In this document: in pieces, positions 60,886 to 64,000 of the stretch
How the letters are laid out: every line of letters begins with the position of its first letter
How positions within the stretch are numbered: the first letter of the stretch is position 1
Assembly: GCA_047967505.1 (NCBI GenBank)
Contig: CM106538.1
Strand: one strand, 5' to 3'
Length of the DNA stretch: 64,000 nucleotides
DNA from: Dipteris shenzhenensis
Taxonomy: Eukaryota
Made by a program: the position numbers and the translations under genes
The notes under the pieces: generated by a model
Databases searched by the model: none
What the model saw: the letters and a program-made list of their open reading frames with translations, nothing else
Told to the model about the DNA's origin: nothing

Positions 60886-61764
60886 CTAGAGGGCCTGTTC
60901 AGCTCCTTGCTCTTTTTTTTTGATTCGGGCCTCATACATACGTCTCCTTTCTTCTTGCTGCTTGGGGGTGCGGTCTTCTGTCACGTAGAAAGATGTTCCC
61001 TTTAAGTAAATCTTGCTGCTGTCCAAAATGATTTCTCTCTTGCGCGGGTCAAGCATGGTGCAAACAATTGCTCGCTGACTCGAATTTTCATCTCTCTTTC
61101 TCCCTACTCTGTGTGCCCCAAAGACCACAACCTCTTGCATGGCAAAGTGCTCCACAAAAAAGTCCCCTACATCCTTTGCAAGTGAGAGGGGTGTTTCCTT
61201 TTCTTTTTCTACTAGACCTCGTATGACAATGTTCTGTGATCTTTTTTCTCTCTCTCTATACTCATCAACATCTATCTTATCTTCTGATTTTTCCCCCTTG
61301 TCTAGATGTGCATCTGGCGAGGCATGTCCATTTACTATATTTGCCCATGTCACTGAGGTGTTTGTCTGTGGCTTGCATTCTATTTGAGGGTGTGGTGCCG
61401 TATTTTCTTTCATCTTTTCCAAAGTCTGTTCCAGCTCACATAATTTTTCCTCTTGATTGATATTTTTTTCCTCCAAACTGTTTATGGAGCTCTCTTGTAT
61501 GGCCACCTTTTGCTCCAAATCTTTATTTCTGTACTGTAAGTGTTGGCACTTCAAAGAGAGTGCATGTATCTCTTGCTGTTGGCGATCCAATGTGCTTTGC
61601 AGAGCTGTTAGAAACGCCCAAATTTCAGATTCATTAGGAAAATTGTCTATTGTAGCTCCTTGCACTGACATGAGCGGGGCTGCTAAAATGTTTCCTTGAA
61701 CAGGAATAAAAGGGACTACTTGTCCATCTAAAATGGTGGGGGGTGGCTCATCTCCGACTGTCAT
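60886..61764 (-). CDS. LINE ORF1: coiled coil plus RRM/CTD-type nucleic-acid chaperone (292 aa)
   Basis: Heptad-rich segment, then REKRSQNIVIRGLVE...AHRVG...LKGTSFYVTEDRT. Homologous to LINE-a ORF1. Confidence 0.88.
   Translation of the reverse strand: MTVGDEPPPTILDGQVVPFIPVQGNILAAPLMSVQGATIDNFPNESEIWAFLTALQSTLDRQQQEIHALSLKCQHLQYRNKDLEQKVAIQESSINSLEEKNINQEEKLCELEQTLEKMKENTAPHPQIECKPQTNTSVTWANIVNGHASPDAHLDKGEKSEDKIDVDEYREREKRSQNIVIRGLVEKEKETPLSLAKDVGDFFVEHFAMQEVVVFGAHRVGRKRDENSSQRAIVCTMLDPRKREIILDSSKIYLKGTSFYVTEDRTPKQQEERRRMYEARIKKKEQGAEQAL

Positions 61765-61768
<4 letters not shown>

Positions 61769-61826
<58 letters not shown>
61769..61826. repeat. (GA)n/(CT)n microsatellite in the LINE-e 5' UTR
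   Basis: About 29 perfect AG units immediately upstream of the ORF1 ATG. Confidence 0.95.
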
Positions 61827-61827
<1 letters not shown>

Positions 61828-61864
61828 AGGGGTGAATTCACAGGAAGCAAGGTGGAGAAGAAGA

Positions 61865-64000
61865 GAGGCCGGGAGGAAGATCGTCTGTAAGGAAAAGAGT
61901 TTTGGTGTAGATCGTTAGTTGTAGGAGTTGGCGTAGGGAAGAAGTAGGAGCGAGATCGAGAAGGGAAGCCGAGAGCAAGGACGGGATGGAAGGCCGAGTG
62001 CGTCCTTCGGGATGTGTATTAGGGAGCGGGTGTTTATGGCGGAAGTGATGATGGTGGTGCGCAGTAGATCACAGTTGCCGACACGGGTAAGAAGAACAAG
62101 AGGAAGTTCTTCCAGTCTACCACTGGTACCGGGGAGTCGAAGTCTTTAGACAACACCTCCAAGAAATATTTGACTCAGGCGAAGAATGGTTGTGCTCCTT
62201 TCCTTCGTACCTTGAAGCTAAAGAAAGAAGGACGTTGCTTCATATGCGAGGAGCGGGGCCACACTAGGAATGATTGTCCTAAGCGCAAGAACCAGAAGCA
62301 AGCGCCGGGACCGAAGCTCCATGCGGGTCCAGGTACCAAAGCTAAGGGAGCTAATCAAGTTTCGATGCCAGGTATTTCTGTAAATGTCATTACTTGCCCA
62401 CTCTTGTAATTGCACTTTTAATAATTCGTTATTTGGTTCCCATGATCTTTTCCGAGTTTATGGAGAAGTTAGAAACCGAAGAGTTCACATTCTCTTTGAC
62501 CTGGGCAGCTCTCACAATTTTGTTAGTTACAAACTTGTGTAGAAGATGGGGCTGTCCATGATACCTAGTGGTCACACCTACGAGGTGCAGCTTCCAGCTG
62601 GGAAGCAGTTTTGGGATCGCAAGATTGAAGCGCTTTCTATCCGGATTCAAGACTACACACAGCTGCTCTTACGTGCTATGTCATGCACTTGGAGCATGTG
62701 GACTTGTTAATCGAATAGAGTGATTTAAAACCCACGATATTCGGATTGCATGGAAGAAACATACCCTTTCTTTTTTGGATAAGGACACCCAAATTTGTAT
62801 TCAGTGTGATAATATTCCCTCTTCTCAGGGACCTATTGTATCTGCGATGCAGCTTCGGAACATATTAAACACTTCTTATTATGATGTGTATCAGTGTGTT
62901 TTGATTCCGCTTTCTTGATTTGTTGTCTTTGTTAATAACAAGAATGATTTAAGTGTGTTTGAACACCGTGAATTGAGAACGTTGTTAGGTGATTTCATGG
63001 ATGTATTCCCTGCTGAACTGCCGGAAGGTTTACCTCCAGAATGGGTAGTAGACCATCGCATAGATTTAGTACGTGGGGCTCAACCTATTAGTGTTCCACC
63101 TTATAGGATGAGCCAGCTTGAGGAGGTTGAGTTAGCTTCACAGCTACAAGATTATCTGAATATGGGCTATATCCGCCCAAGTAAATCACCTTGGGGAGCA
63201 CTTGTTCTCTTAAAGAAAGAAGAAAGATAATTCGTGGAGAATGTGTATAGATTATAAATGATTGAATAAAGTGACAATTAAGAATCGATGCCCTCTTCCT
63301 CGTTCCGATGATTTGATAGACCGTTTAGCCGGAGCGAAGTATTTCACGAAGATTGATTTGCGTACGGGTTATCACCAAATCCGCATCTATGCTAAACACA
63401 TAGATAGAACCACGTTCCGAACTAGGTATGGCCACTACGAGTTTCTCGTATTACCTTTTGGTTTGACTAATGCTCTTGCCACCTTCCAGCAAATGATGAA
63501 TGATTTGTTCCGAGATTTTTTGGGCAAATTTGTTGTCGTTTTCTTAGATGACATCTTGGTATATAGCCGAACGCTAGAGGATCACATTGGACACCTCTAA
63601 ATTGTCTTAGTTATACTAAGACAGTATAAACTTTATGCCAAGATGAGTAAATGTGACTTCTTTATGAAGGAGATCATTTACTTAGGACACAAGATTTCTT
63701 CTGAAGGTATTAGCATTGATCTGGATCGTATCCAGAAGGTTTTATAATGGCCTATCCCTCAGATTGTGAGACAACTTCGTTCTTTCCTAGGATTCACGGT
63801 ATTTCTACGAAAGTTTGTGCGTGATTATTCACACATCACGGCACCCTTGACCAACATATTGAAAGATCGTGGATGTAGGTCTACCCAGCCGATCTCTTGG
63901 AATGATGCATTGAACAAGGCTTTTGAAACCTTGAAGTTAACTATCAAGGAAGCACCCGTTCTTGCATTACCTACCCGATCCTACCCGGCCTTATGTTTTA
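61865..64000 (+). pseudogene. Gypsy-D gag-pol remnant (short gag, knuckle, protease, RT)
   Basis: KEGRCFICEERGHTRNDCP, HILFDLGSSHNF near 62490, [28 protein letters not shown]; many stops. Confidence 0.9.

Larger units (their letters stand above)
57424..61854 (-). mobile_element. LINE-e: full-length, intact RTEX-like LINE (about 4.43 kb)
   Basis: TSD GAGAAGAAGA (57414-57423 and 61855-61864) in the first codons of Gypsy-D gag. (TTC)n tail, 3' hairpin 57446-57477, two open ORFs, short 5' UTR with (CT)n. Clade call is inferred from motifs. Confidence 0.92.
47907..64000 (+). mobile_element. Gypsy-D: decayed + strand Ty3/Gypsy; 5' LTR split by Gypsy-C, gag split by LINE-e; runs off the window
   Basis: LTR ends GGGGTCGTGTCA at 57262, PBS TGGTATCAGAGC at 57265-57276, TATAAAA near 48934. 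LTR start uncertain (47907-48134). Confidence 0.8.

Noticed and set aside
1-64000. Hammerhead ribozyme or retrozyme, and env-like extra ORFs
   Set aside because: The CTGATGA occurrences I inspected lack flanking stems and a properly placed GAAA. No long extra ORF lies between pol and the 3' LTR in any element. Antisense ORFs over pol and ORF2 are codon-bias shadows.

Overview
Eukaryotic land-plant DNA; a seed-free vascular plant such as a fern is my inference from the TE repertoire and intron sizes, not proven. The only host gene is three + strand exons of URB1/NPA1 (13599-13802, 27303-27506, 27739-27900), separated by giant, TE-filled introns. Most of the rest is nested retroelements. Three copies of one chromodomain Ty3/Gypsy family (16477-23282, 29733-36077, 48948-56902) have LTR pairs, PBS, PPT and TSDs. 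There are two Ty1/Copia elements (a deleted 5 kb copy, and one with an intact 1369-aa polyprotein but no 5' LTR), a decayed + strand Gypsy, two solo LTRs, a hAT-type MITE and L1/Tx1-like fragments. There are also five copies of an RTEX-like, microsatellite-tailed LINE group, one of them full-length and intact (57424-61854). The most interesting signal is in these LINEs. In the intact copy ORF1 and ORF2 are in frame and separated by a single TAG. The spacer after that stop is the reverse complement of the 5' arm of a covarying 3'-terminal stem-loop 3.4 kb away, and the same relationship with different sequence recurs in a second, divergent family. This suggests an undescribed long-range RNA switch coupling ORF2 translation to 3'-end recognition. 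Other highlights are a (CA)n tract hit three times by poly(A)-tailed ends, a 20-bp-period array of covarying palindromes in a solo LTR, and recombinant or chimeric Gypsy copies. All counts are by eye.
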